Part shown: positions 42,363-51,735 of the stretch, in pieces
How positions within the stretch are numbered: the stretch's first letter is position 1
Layout of the letters: the number at the start of each line of letters is the position of its first letter
Source: an uncultured delta proteobacterium
GTDB lineage: Bacteria; Desulfobacterota; Desulfobacteria; Desulfobacterales; Desulfatirhabdiaceae
DNA: 64,000 nucleotides
NCBI GenBank assembly: GCA_963789395.1
Contig: CAWBKP010000022.1
Location: forward strand, 256,001 to 320,000
Direction of reading: 5' to 3'
Notes under the pieces: model-generated
Told to the model about the DNA's origin: nothing
Databases searched by the model: none
What the model saw: only the letters and a program-made list of their open reading frames with translations
Translations under genes and position numbers: made by a program

Positions 42363-42812
42363 TTAAGTTTAAAATAATTAATAAAATTATAAATAATTGA
42401 TAAGTAATATAAAATATAGATAGTATGGAATTAGTTTAAAATTTATTCGAATTTATTTTACAATTACATGTTACTTAATATTTATTACGATAAACACAAA
42501 TATGTAGCATATTTTATAGAAGCTGCTGCAGGCATGGAAAGGCTTGGGTGAGTATTTGTTTTGTGGGTATCGGTGTTATTGGCAGGGCGACTGCTGGCTA
42601 TATTTTCTCCATCTAACGAAAATAACAGCGATCATGGATTGCACAAGCAACGCTTAACTTACAAAAATGTGAGCAGGCTTCAATATTGTTAATTTGGCAG
42701 TGTGATGATTGTTCGGCGTTTTGAAAAATTGCCTTGAAATAAATCTTTGCCAGTCATCCCATTCGATATATAACGTAATAAAAACTTGTCTTCGACTGAA
42801 GGGTGGAACTTC

Positions 42813-44063
42813 ATGAAACTGTTCGATATCCTGGCTGTATTGATCACGCTCTCGGCAGTGTTCAGCTATATCAATTACCGCTTCATCAAGCTGCCCACCA
42901 CCATCGGGGTAATGGTTATCTCGCTTCTGGGTTCCGTGGGGATCACGATGTTGAAACCCTTGGGATTCGGTCTGGACGAAGATGCGCTGAGACTGCTTAC
43001 CAGCATCGACTTTGACGAAACCCTGTTGCACGGCATGTTAAGCTTTCTGCTGTTTGCCGGGGCCTTGCACGTTGATCTGGACCGTCTGGCACGCCTGAAG
43101 TGGGTTATCGGCACGCTGGCCACGGCAGGGATGATCAGTTCGACGTTTATAATCGGATTTCTGGCCTATTTTGTGCTGGATGGGTTGGGTATCGGGTTGC
43201 CGCTGATTTACTGTCTGCTGTTCGGCGCTCTGATCTCCCCCACCGATCCGATTGCCGTGCTCGGCGTCCTGAAAAAAGCCAGGGTGCCGGAAAGCCTGGA
43301 AACCAAAATCTGCGGAGAGTCTCTGTTCAACGACGGGGTGGCGGTTGTCGTGTTTCTGGTTTTGCTTCAAATCGCCTCAGGCGGACAAGAGATTACGGTC
43401 GGGATGGTGGCGTGGTTATTTGCCAAGGATGCGCTTGGGGGGATTGTTTACGGACTGGTCATCGGAGCAATCGCATACGGTATGCTGAAAAGCATCGACA
43501 ACTACCAGGTGGAAGTGTTGATCACCCTGGCGCTGGTGGCTGGAGGATTCGCGCTGGCGGACGCACTCCATCTTTCCGGGCCGATTGCCATCGTTGTGGC
43601 GGGTCTGTTGATTGGAAACCACGGCCGGCTCTTTGCAATGTCCAACCGCACGCGGCAGCACCTGGATGATTTCTGGGAACTGGTGGACGAGGTGTTGAAT
43701 GCTGTCCTTTTTGTCCTGATGGGGCTGGAAGTGCTGGTGCTTTCCTGGCACCCCAGGTACCTGACCGCCATTGCACTATTGATTCCACTGGTGCTGCTGT
43801 CACGGTTCGTGAGTGTGGCCGTGCCCATTGTGTTTATGCGGCGCTTTCGCACGTTCAGTCCGCATGTAATCAAAATTCTTACCTGGGGAGGCCTGCGCGG
43901 TGGCATATCGGTTGCCATGGCGCTGTCGCTGCCGCCAGGAAATCACCGGAATGTTGTTTTGACCATCACCTATGCAGTGGTCGTATTTTCCATTATTGTC
44001 CAGGGCCTGACAGTCGGCAGACTTGTTGAGCTCACCGCGCAACCAACGGAGAGGGGTACTTGA
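42813..44063 (+). CDS. CPA1 family Na+/H+ antiporter (NhaP-like)
   Basis: LFGALISPTDPIAV, GESLFNDG, WGGLRGGISVA. Confidence 0.92.
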   Translation: MKLFDILAVLITLSAVFSYINYRFIKLPTTIGVMVISLLGSVGITMLKPLGFGLDEDALRLLTSIDFDETLLHGMLSFLLFAGALHVDLDRLARLKWVIGTLATAGMISSTFIIGFLAYFVLDGLGIGLPLIYCLLFGALISPTDPIAVLGVLKKARVPESLETKICGESLFNDGVAVVVFLVLLQIASGGQEITVGMVAWLFAKDALGGIVYGLVIGAIAYGMLKSIDNYQVEVLITLALVAGGFALADALHLSGPIAIVVAGLLIGNHGRLFAMSNRTRQHLDDFWELVDEVLNAVLFVLMGLEVLVLSWHPRYLTAIALLIPLVLLSRFVSVAVPIVFMRRFRTFSPHVIKILTWGGLRGGISVAMALSLPPGNHRNVVLTITYAVVVFSIIVQGLTVGRLVELTAQPTERGT

Positions 44064-44129
44064 ATAAAATTGCATTTGATCGGGTGACGCGGTCAGTAGT
44101 GAAGGGAAACCCTCAACGGCTGAACCAGC

Positions 44130-45080
44130 TCAGGCATAACGGATGACGGCAGGCTTTCTTCCAGCAACCCGCTGATAGGTTTCATTGGGCCAGCCCAAAG
44201 CGATAATGGCGTGAGGGGTTTCCTGGTCGGGAATATCCAGCATCCGGGCGATTGATTTATCCCGCCGCATGGCTTCAATGACAAAACCGATCAGACAGGT
44301 GCCAAGCCCCATGGCATGGGCGGCAAGCAGCATGTTTGCGGTGGCCAGCAGGGCATCTTCGCACGGGCAGGATGCCTCATCGTCTGCAGCCACCACAATC
44401 ACGGCAGTTGCCCCGTGAAACAACAGATCCCGTTCACCTTTGTCCCATGCCCTCAGCCCCATCTCCACAGTGGAATAATGGAGGCGGTAGTAGGTGTCCA
44501 GTTCCGGCTTGCCGATCAGCTTTAATCCGGTTCTGAGCCATCGGTTTTGAGCCATGCGGTTGGTTTTTCTGAAAAAATCGCCAACCCGGCGGCCCAGTCG
44601 GTTGACGGCATCGCGGTCCGGGAGGATAGTGAAGGTCCATGGCTGGCAATTGGACCCGGATGGAGCGGTAATGCCCACTTTTGCCAGATCTTCCAGAAGC
44701 GTTCGATCCACGGGCCGGTCGGTAAAATTTCTGCAGGAACGCCGTGAAGCCATGAGATTTACCAGGCTCGTGGTGTCAAACCGGCCATGGGCAAGCCAAC
44801 GGATATCGGCGGAAAAAGTTTGAAATTGAGATACCGCGATATCCACTGCCGCCACCCGGATGGCTTCGACCGGACATGCAGCCGCACAATGGTCGCAATT
44901 GAGGGATTCGACGCCTTGGATCACCGCCTTGCCGGCCTCGATAATCAGTGTCTCTTTGGGGCACACCGGTATACACAGCCCGCAGCCGATGCACCGGTCA
45001 AGGTCAATAGACGTTGTAACTTCACGGCTCTGGAATTGTCTTTTGGAACCAGAAATTTTTTGTGAATTGCTGCTTGACAT
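44130..45080 (-). CDS. Nitroreductase with N-terminal 2x[4Fe-4S] domain
   Basis: CIGCGLCIPVCP and (S)LNCDHCAAACP; RRSCRNF, APSGSNCQPW, LAAHAMGLGTC. Confidence 0.9.
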   Translation of the reverse strand: MSSSNSQKISGSKRQFQSREVTTSIDLDRCIGCGLCIPVCPKETLIIEAGKAVIQGVESLNCDHCAAACPVEAIRVAAVDIAVSQFQTFSADIRWLAHGRFDTTSLVNLMASRRSCRNFTDRPVDRTLLEDLAKVGITAPSGSNCQPWTFTILPDRDAVNRLGRRVGDFFRKTNRMAQNRWLRTGLKLIGKPELDTYYRLHYSTVEMGLRAWDKGERDLLFHGATAVIVVAADDEASCPCEDALLATANMLLAAHAMGLGTCLIGFVIEAMRRDKSIARMLDIPDQETPHAIIALGWPNETYQRVAGRKPAVIRYA

Positions 45081-45204
45081 GAATTGTCCCTGCATTAACA
45101 TTCGCATTGTTTTTTTAGGAAATCATCCCCAAATATATTGGCTGCAACCAAGAAAAAAACCTGTCGGGCATTCCGTATGCCTTCCGGGACAAAGGAATTG
45201 ACCA

Positions 45205-46071
45205 ATGAAAAAATTCCGGTATCATCAGGTTATCTCATCTGTGCTGTGGAACCTGTTTCTGATTTCAGCAGGATCGCTGGTGTTCGGCATTGGATTAAAG
45301 TCCATCGCCATTCCACAAGGATTCATCACCGGCGGCATTTCAGGCCTGACCCTGCTATTTTACTACGTCACCGGTCTTCTTTCACCGGGCTTGTGCTATC
45401 TGATAGTCAATGTCCCCATCTTTCTGGTGGGCTGGATCTACATCAGCCGGCGGTTCTTCTTTTACAGCCTGTTCGGCGTGGCCGCCCTTTCTCTATCCAT
45501 CGACCTGATCGGGTTCGCCTTACCCATCAAAGAGCCGATCCTGGCCGTACTGGTCGGCGGCGTGCTCATGGGAACCGGCTCGGGTCTGATCCTCCACTCA
45601 CTGGGGTCTGCAGGCGGGTTGGACATTATTGGAATTATTCTGAACCAGAAATTCAGCCTCCGTCTGGGCACATTCTACTTTGCCTTCAATGTGGTGCTGT
45701 TTGCCTTCAGTTTCGGTGCGTTGGATGCCGATCTGGTGCTCTATTCCCTTTTTATGAGCTTTATTTCGTCCCAGACATTGGATTACGTATTGACCATTTC
45801 CAACCAGCGAAAAATGGTGTTCATCATTTCCGATTTAAACGATCGCATTGCTACGGAGATCCAGACCCGACTCACCCGGGGCGTCACCTTTTTAAACGGC
45901 AGCGGGGCGTATACGGGCAAAGTCAAAAAAATCATCCTCACGGTGGTCCACAACTACCAGATGAAGCCGCTGGAAGAATTGGCCCTATCCATCGATCCGG
46001 ACGCCTTCGTCATCACGGAAAATACCTTCAACGTGCTGGGAAGGGGGTTTTCCAGGCGAAAGGTGTATTGA
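45205..46071 (+). CDS. YitT family membrane protein
   Basis: GGISGL, NVPIF, GSAGGLDII, RGVT..GAYTG, IDPDAFV. Confidence 0.9.
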   Translation: MKKFRYHQVISSVLWNLFLISAGSLVFGIGLKSIAIPQGFITGGISGLTLLFYYVTGLLSPGLCYLIVNVPIFLVGWIYISRRFFFYSLFGVAALSLSIDLIGFALPIKEPILAVLVGGVLMGTGSGLILHSLGSAGGLDIIGIILNQKFSLRLGTFYFAFNVVLFAFSFGALDADLVLYSLFMSFISSQTLDYVLTISNQRKMVFIISDLNDRIATEIQTRLTRGVTFLNGSGAYTGKVKKIILTVVHNYQMKPLEELALSIDPDAFVITENTFNVLGRGFSRRKVY

Positions 46072-46158
46072 AAAAAATACGATCCCCGAATCCAACATAT
46101 TGGAGAAAATATACGTAACGTTCCCAACGGTTCTGAATCCAGGCGGATTTTTACCCTG

Positions 46159-47160
46159 TTATATCTTCTGGTGATGGATGGCGTTCTGGATTGCAATCCC
46201 GCCCTGTTCGGCCACGGCCATGGCGAAGTTGATATCGGCAGGGGAGAAATACCGGACCTCCGAGGTCAGCAGCCGTATCATGCCGATGGTCTCATCCTGA
46301 ACCATGATTGGAACTGCCAGAACGCTGCCGACCCCTTCGGCGGCGGCTTCTTTGTGGTAGATCGTATGCAGATCGACGGTGGCATCGGGGATCATGACCG
46401 GCTCCCCCTTGAGGATATAATATGTTGCCAGTTCGTCATCAAGCGGTCCGCGTTCCAGATAGGATTTGCTCAGGCCGTAGGCGGCTTTCAGCTCCATGCG
46501 GCCCCTGGCCGATTCCATCAGTCGGATGGTACAGGCCTTTAAATTCATGACTTCCGTCAACCGCGTCACGATCAGGTTTAAAATATCATCCAGTTTCCGG
46601 GTGGCGTTGATGGTTTTGCCGATTTCGTAAACCGCCTTAAAATAACTCAACTGACGGTTCTGTTCTTCGTAAATCCGGGCGTTTTCAATGGCGATGCCGC
46701 ATTGGACGGCCAGGGCCGCCACAAAATCGATTTCCTGCGCATCAAATACACGGGGGCTTCGGGTCAGCAGCCTGAGGATGCCGCATATTTTACCGCGGAT
46801 GGGGATCGGCACTACCAGAATGCTTTTAATCCCTTCTTTGCGGGCTTCTTCAGGATAGTGAATGCGGGGATCGCAGGAGGCATCGAAAATGGCAATCGGC
46901 GTTCCTTTGAGGGCATTCATCACACTGCTTTCCGTATCCACCTGACCTCGCTGCAGGTAGGTGTCACTGAGACCGGATGCAGCGTGCAGCACCAGCTTTT
47001 TGCCGCTGGAATCCAGCAGTCTGATGGTTGCTGCATCCACGCCGATGACTTCGGGGATTTTCTGGGCGATAAGGCTGAAAACATCATTCATATGGTGTTT
47101 GGATGTGATCGCCTGAGTCACATCGATAAACAGTTTCAGATATGTTTTGTCTCGATCCAT
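46159..47160 (-). CDS. Tandem GAF-domain protein with no output domain
   Basis: Two homologous repeats (A(A/C)TIRL..L.AA.GLS..YL.RG..EG..S.L.VPI..RLLT..AI(E/Q)NA). ATG at 47160 with GGAGG RBS. Confidence 0.85.
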   Translation of the reverse strand: MDRDKTYLKLFIDVTQAITSKHHMNDVFSLIAQKIPEVIGVDAATIRLLDSSGKKLVLHAASGLSDTYLQRGQVDTESSVMNALKGTPIAIFDASCDPRIHYPEEARKEGIKSILVVPIPIRGKICGILRLLTRSPRVFDAQEIDFVAALAVQCGIAIENARIYEEQNRQLSYFKAVYEIGKTINATRKLDDILNLIVTRLTEVMNLKACTIRLMESARGRMELKAAYGLSKSYLERGPLDDELATYYILKGEPVMIPDATVDLHTIYHKEAAAEGVGSVLAVPIMVQDETIGMIRLLTSEVRYFSPADINFAMAVAEQGGIAIQNAIHHQKI

Positions 47161-47226
47161 GGTTAAAATAAACCCTCCTTTATGGTTCATGCGGTATGAT
47201 GAGCGCATCCCTTGCTCATTCACCAG

Positions 47227-47763
47227 TCACTGCCTCATGATACGCCGACTTCTCCGGTTAAGATATCCCCGAACCAGAATGATCAGAATCGGAACCCCCA
47301 GAAAAACGGCGTCGTCTGTCTGGCCGGGCGACAAATCCGGCATGAAGCAATACATGATTCCTCCCATGAGAAGACTGGTCCGCAGCGCCCTGCCATACCC
47401 CATGAACGTGAATACCCTTAAAAAAGTCATCCACAGGAATGTCCAGAAACAGAACGCCATCAAATCCGCAAGCAGGCGGTATTTCAAGGGGATCAGTTCC
47501 GATAGGGAATTCAGTGCGGCCCTCATAGCGGACGTCTCCTGTCGAAGACGGATGGCAATGATATCCTCAATTGTCATGTTGCTTTCAATGTAGGTGCCGG
47601 AAGGGATGAGCCTGTCCAGCGTAAATGCCGATCCCGTTTTGTGCAGATCGTCATTTGTAATACCAAACGGGAGTTGAAGCACATGTCGCACCACTAGTAA
47701 GGCCGTGGCACAAAAGACAATCAGCAAAAGCAGCAGCGTGATCTGAGCAACCGTCTTTTTCAT
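47227..47763 (-). CDS. Hypothetical membrane protein
   Basis: 178-aa ORF with AGGA RBS, one N-terminal and about three C-terminal hydrophobic segments. Confidence 0.65.
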   Translation of the reverse strand: MKKTVAQITLLLLLIVFCATALLVVRHVLQLPFGITNDDLHKTGSAFTLDRLIPSGTYIESNMTIEDIIAIRLRQETSAMRAALNSLSELIPLKYRLLADLMAFCFWTFLWMTFLRVFTFMGYGRALRTSLLMGGIMYCFMPDLSPGQTDDAVFLGVPILIILVRGYLNRRSRRIMRQ

Positions 47764-47830
47764 GGTATAGGCATCCTTTTAACCCATATGATTCGATAGA
47801 AATGACATTATTTCCTTTTTACAGATGCCA

Positions 47831-49168
47831 TCAATCGCGGGTTGTTTTCTTAAACGATGCTTTCGGAAAAAAACAGTAAGGGCATGTCTCCGGCGCTTCC
47901 TCGCCATAATGCACATACCCGCATATCGGGCATCGCCACGCAGCGGATTCATCAGTATCCGTTACTGCTTGAGGATTTTTTCCCCGGTGAACGGGAGCGT
48001 CCTCCAATGCCGGCATCACCGACTGATAACTGTTAAGCACATGTCCCGAGATAATCATTCGCTGAATTTCGCTGGTGCCTTCATAGATTTTATACAATCG
48101 GATGTCGCGGTACAGTTTTTCAATGGGATACATTTTTGTATATCCATACCCGCCAAAAATCTGCAACGATTCATTTACCACTTCAAGTGCCGCTTCCGTG
48201 GCATACATTTTGGCTATGGATGCAGAGACGGTGGGATCCATGCCACTATCCGCCTCCCATGACGCTTTCCAGACCAGCAGCCTGGATGTTTCAATCTTTT
48301 GATACATCTCCGCCAATTTAAACTGAATCGCCTGGAAATCGGATAGGTTCGTGCCGAAAGCGCGGCGTTTTTTGGCATAACTGATGGCATACTCCATGGC
48401 GGATCGGGCCGCCCCCACTGCAAACGCACCGATTGCCGGCCGCGTTCTTGAAAAGGTTTTCATCGCCAGCGCAAAGCCTTCTCCCGGCTGCGCCAGCACA
48501 TTCTCCTTGGGAACCCGCACATTTTGAAAGTGAAGCCCTGCGGTATTGGAACACCGCTGCCCGAGTTTGGGAATTGCGGTTCCGATCGAGACGCCATTCC
48601 ATTGTTTTTCGACCAGAAACGCACAGATGCCCTTATGTTGGGATTTTGGGTCCACCGTTGCAAAAATCGAAAAAAAATCCGCGATGCCCCCGTTGGTCAC
48701 CCAGTATTTTGTTCCGTTTAAAATATAATCATCGCCGTCCCGGGTTGCCGTGCATCGCATCCCCGAAACATCGGAGCCCATCAAAGGCTCGGAAGTGGCA
48801 AAACCGATGAGGTTGAATTGATTGACGAACAGCGAAAGATATTTCTGTTTTGCCGCTTCGTTTTCAGAGCGTATCAGCGGTTCCATGCCAAGCGCATTGT
48901 CAAATATGGAGGTTGCGATTCCCGGACACGCCGCGGCGATCTCTTCCACAATGACCACCCCTTCGGTGACGCCGAAGCCCGCGCCTCCATATTGCTTCGG
49001 TATTTGGGCGGTTGTAAAACCGGCTTCAAACGCCATTTTAATTGCCGATATCGGTGTCTCATCCATCTCGTCATAATAGGCGGCAATCGGCAGGACGTGT
49101 TTTAGAGCAAACTCACGGGCTTTTTGTCTCAGCTCTGTTTGTGCGGGCGAAAGCGTAAAATCCAACAT
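47831..49168 (-). CDS. Acyl-CoA dehydrogenase with a C-terminal rubredoxin-like domain
   Basis: FATSEP..GSD, LNGTKYWVTNG, KLGQR, FQAIQFKLAEM, QIFGGYGY, IYEGTSEIQ; tail WRCPICGY..PETCPYC. ATG at 49168 with GGAGG RBS. Confidence 0.9.
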   Translation of the reverse strand: MLDFTLSPAQTELRQKAREFALKHVLPIAAYYDEMDETPISAIKMAFEAGFTTAQIPKQYGGAGFGVTEGVVIVEEIAAACPGIATSIFDNALGMEPLIRSENEAAKQKYLSLFVNQFNLIGFATSEPLMGSDVSGMRCTATRDGDDYILNGTKYWVTNGGIADFFSIFATVDPKSQHKGICAFLVEKQWNGVSIGTAIPKLGQRCSNTAGLHFQNVRVPKENVLAQPGEGFALAMKTFSRTRPAIGAFAVGAARSAMEYAISYAKKRRAFGTNLSDFQAIQFKLAEMYQKIETSRLLVWKASWEADSGMDPTVSASIAKMYATEAALEVVNESLQIFGGYGYTKMYPIEKLYRDIRLYKIYEGTSEIQRMIISGHVLNSYQSVMPALEDAPVHRGKNPQAVTDTDESAAWRCPICGYVHYGEEAPETCPYCFFPKASFKKTTRD

Positions 49169-49268
49169 GATATTCCCTCCCTTCTTTTGAATGGATGAAA
49201 GGACCTCTCGGGTTTCAGGAAATTGATTCCGGACAGTGAAAGATCTGACGGTGCCCGGTTTCAAAAGG

Positions 49269-51461
49269 TCAAGCCATAAGGGATGCATCCCCGGCATTGT
49301 AAACCATAATCACATCTCCAGGAAGCGCCATGGTTTCGTTCAGATCGCTTATGCGGCATTCTGGCGAATTGTCGGCGGAAGGTTCAAATCCGGCGAACAG
49401 CACCGCCGATGGATGCATTGCCTGGCCTATGGCTTTCAGCGGATCCTCGGTGGGCAACACCACAATTTCCGCCGTGATCCGCGATATGGACAGCAATTCA
49501 GTCATTTCATGGATGACATTCTCCACGTCCGCCTTTAACGGGACAGGACGAAGGATGCGCAGGGAATGGTGTCGCCATTGCCGGTTCTGTCGAAGCAGAA
49601 ACGCCAGCAGCAGCATCAATGCGCCGTTCTGAGGATCGGTCCACCAGATATTGATCGCACCGGACGGAATTGAAAACGAATCACGATCCTCCTCACAACG
49701 GACGATGATCAGACTGCGTTGCAGTGCTTGAGAAAGACAGATGACTTCGGAAAACATTTCTATTCTTGCAGGATCTTCACTCCAGCCCATCAACACGGTG
49801 TTCGGCCGCAACCCGCCGATGCCATGGCATTGAAGTAGCGCCCTGACCCCTTCGCCGATATTTTCTTCAACCAGAACAACCGGAAAAGCCGGAAGCGCGT
49901 TTTCACGGATAAACTTTCGCAGCAGTTGTTCTGCATGGACACGTCGCACGATACGGTCTTCCAGATCCCCTTGAATAACCTGCCCCAGTGTCACGATGCC
50001 TCGGCCGGCGGCCAGCCAGCAGGCATATTGGGCAATATGGAAACGGCTCCAGGCGGCGCCGCTGAGTGCCAGAATGATCGGGCGCCAGTTTTTGGGATGA
50101 TACCTTTCCCGTTCAAGTCTCAGGAGTGCGTTTCGTGCCTGCTGAAACGCCAGGCCGCTGCCGAGATCTCCCCACTGGACGATGATTTCCGTCCGGACAA
50201 TCAGCCCGTAAAGTACTCCGGCCATGATCAGTGCAACAATCGCCCAGGCCGTGTTGATCAGCAGCATGACAACCAGGCAGCCCAGAGCGCCTATCAGCGC
50301 AATAGACCAGTGGTGTATCCGGAAAGTCGGGCGATAGCTCGGGTTGCGTGTGATCGCCTCGTAAAAGCAGGCAAGATTGACGGTTCCGTATGTCATCAGA
50401 AAGAACATGGTGATGACGGGCGCGATGCTGTTCAAATCACCGACCATGATACCCAGCTGCGAGATGAGAAAGGTCAGTACAATGGCACGGCGCGGTTCGC
50501 TGCCATAACCAAACCATTTGAGCCAGCTGAACACATTGTCCCGTGCAAATGCCTGCAAAATGCGGGGAGCTCCCATCATGCTGCCGAGTGCCGATGATAA
50601 CGTGGCGGCGATCACGCCTGCGTAAATCAGCGGGGCTGACCAGGCGATGTCCTTCATGACAAAGTCCGGACCGACCAGAATCGACCGGGAACGACTGGCA
50701 GCCAGCAGGATGGCGATATACGCATAGATCATGCTGGTCACGCCAATGGCCGCGAACGTACCGTCTGGAAGAGATCGGCTGGGATTCTTAAGGTCTCCGG
50801 ACATGTTCACGCCAGCCATGATGCCGGTTACGGCCGGGAAAAACAGTGCAAAAACGGTAAAAACCGATTGTTCCTCCGTCCAGTTCGGAGACAGATTGGC
50901 CCGAAGCGTTTCATACGAAAAACCCGCCACTGCGCCGGCAAAAAAAGATCCGATCGAAATCAACAGAATCGCCAGGATTGCGTATTGGATGCGGATCGTC
51001 CATCCCGCGCCGATATAGACACAGACAAAAACAGCCATATTGGTCAGCGTGGCCACGGCCAAAAAAGACTGGCCGATAGTCGGGAATGCCGAGAATATGG
51101 CCTCTGTGAAGCCCATCACATACAGGGTAACCGCCACTGCCTGTGCCACATAAAAAAACACGGCAATGACCCCGCCGAATTCCACGCCAAGGCTCCGGCT
51201 GATCAGAAAATAGGCGCCGCCGCCCCGAACCTGCATATTCGTAGCAATGGATGCGATGGACAGGCCGGTGATGGTTGTAATGGCTTTGGCGCACAGCAGA
51301 ATCAGCAAAGAACCCCAGAGTCCGGCATATCCGACGACCTGTGCATACCGCAGAAACATGATCACCCCCAGTATGGTCAGAACGCTGGGGGTAAATACAC
51401 CGCCGAAGGTGCCGAACTTTTTGGGCTGGTGCTCGGAAACTAATGGCTTCTTTTCAGTCAT
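49269..51461 (-). CDS. Cation-chloride cotransporter (SLC12/CCC)-like APC permease
   Basis: GVFTPSVLTILGVIMFLR, GGGAYFLISRSLG.EFGG, FFPAVTGIMAG.NMSGDL, KNWRP, GIGGLRPNTVLMGW. Confidence 0.85.
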   Translation of the reverse strand: MTEKKPLVSEHQPKKFGTFGGVFTPSVLTILGVIMFLRYAQVVGYAGLWGSLLILLCAKAITTITGLSIASIATNMQVRGGGAYFLISRSLGVEFGGVIAVFFYVAQAVAVTLYVMGFTEAIFSAFPTIGQSFLAVATLTNMAVFVCVYIGAGWTIRIQYAILAILLISIGSFFAGAVAGFSYETLRANLSPNWTEEQSVFTVFALFFPAVTGIMAGVNMSGDLKNPSRSLPDGTFAAIGVTSMIYAYIAILLAASRSRSILVGPDFVMKDIAWSAPLIYAGVIAATLSSALGSMMGAPRILQAFARDNVFSWLKWFGYGSEPRRAIVLTFLISQLGIMVGDLNSIAPVITMFFLMTYGTVNLACFYEAITRNPSYRPTFRIHHWSIALIGALGCLVVMLLINTAWAIVALIMAGVLYGLIVRTEIIVQWGDLGSGLAFQQARNALLRLERERYHPKNWRPIILALSGAAWSRFHIAQYACWLAAGRGIVTLGQVIQGDLEDRIVRRVHAEQLLRKFIRENALPAFPVVLVEENIGEGVRALLQCHGIGGLRPNTVLMGWSEDPARIEMFSEVICLSQALQRSLIIVRCEEDRDSFSIPSGAINIWWTDPQNGALMLLLAFLLRQNRQWRHHSLRILRPVPLKADVENVIHEMTELLSISRITAEIVVLPTEDPLKAIGQAMHPSAVLFAGFEPSADNSPECRISDLNETMALPGDVIMVYNAGDASLMA

Positions 51462-51735
51462 ATACGCCCATGAATGATCGTTGGTTGTCTAAAAATGCTT
51501 TTTACATATTTTCTATATCTCATGATTTTTTCAGAATCACAATAATTTGCTGGACCTGCAAAAGCCCGATATTCTCCGTGAACGTCATGCCGGCGAACGG
51601 TCAATTACAGGGGCATCAGCTAATGGCAAATATGCTATGCGCCGGATGAGGCGCCCGTTCGCCGGGTTTACAATTTTCACCAAACGTATTATACAAAAAC
51701 TCCAACCTGAATGAATCAACCAGTGGAGGCTGCAC

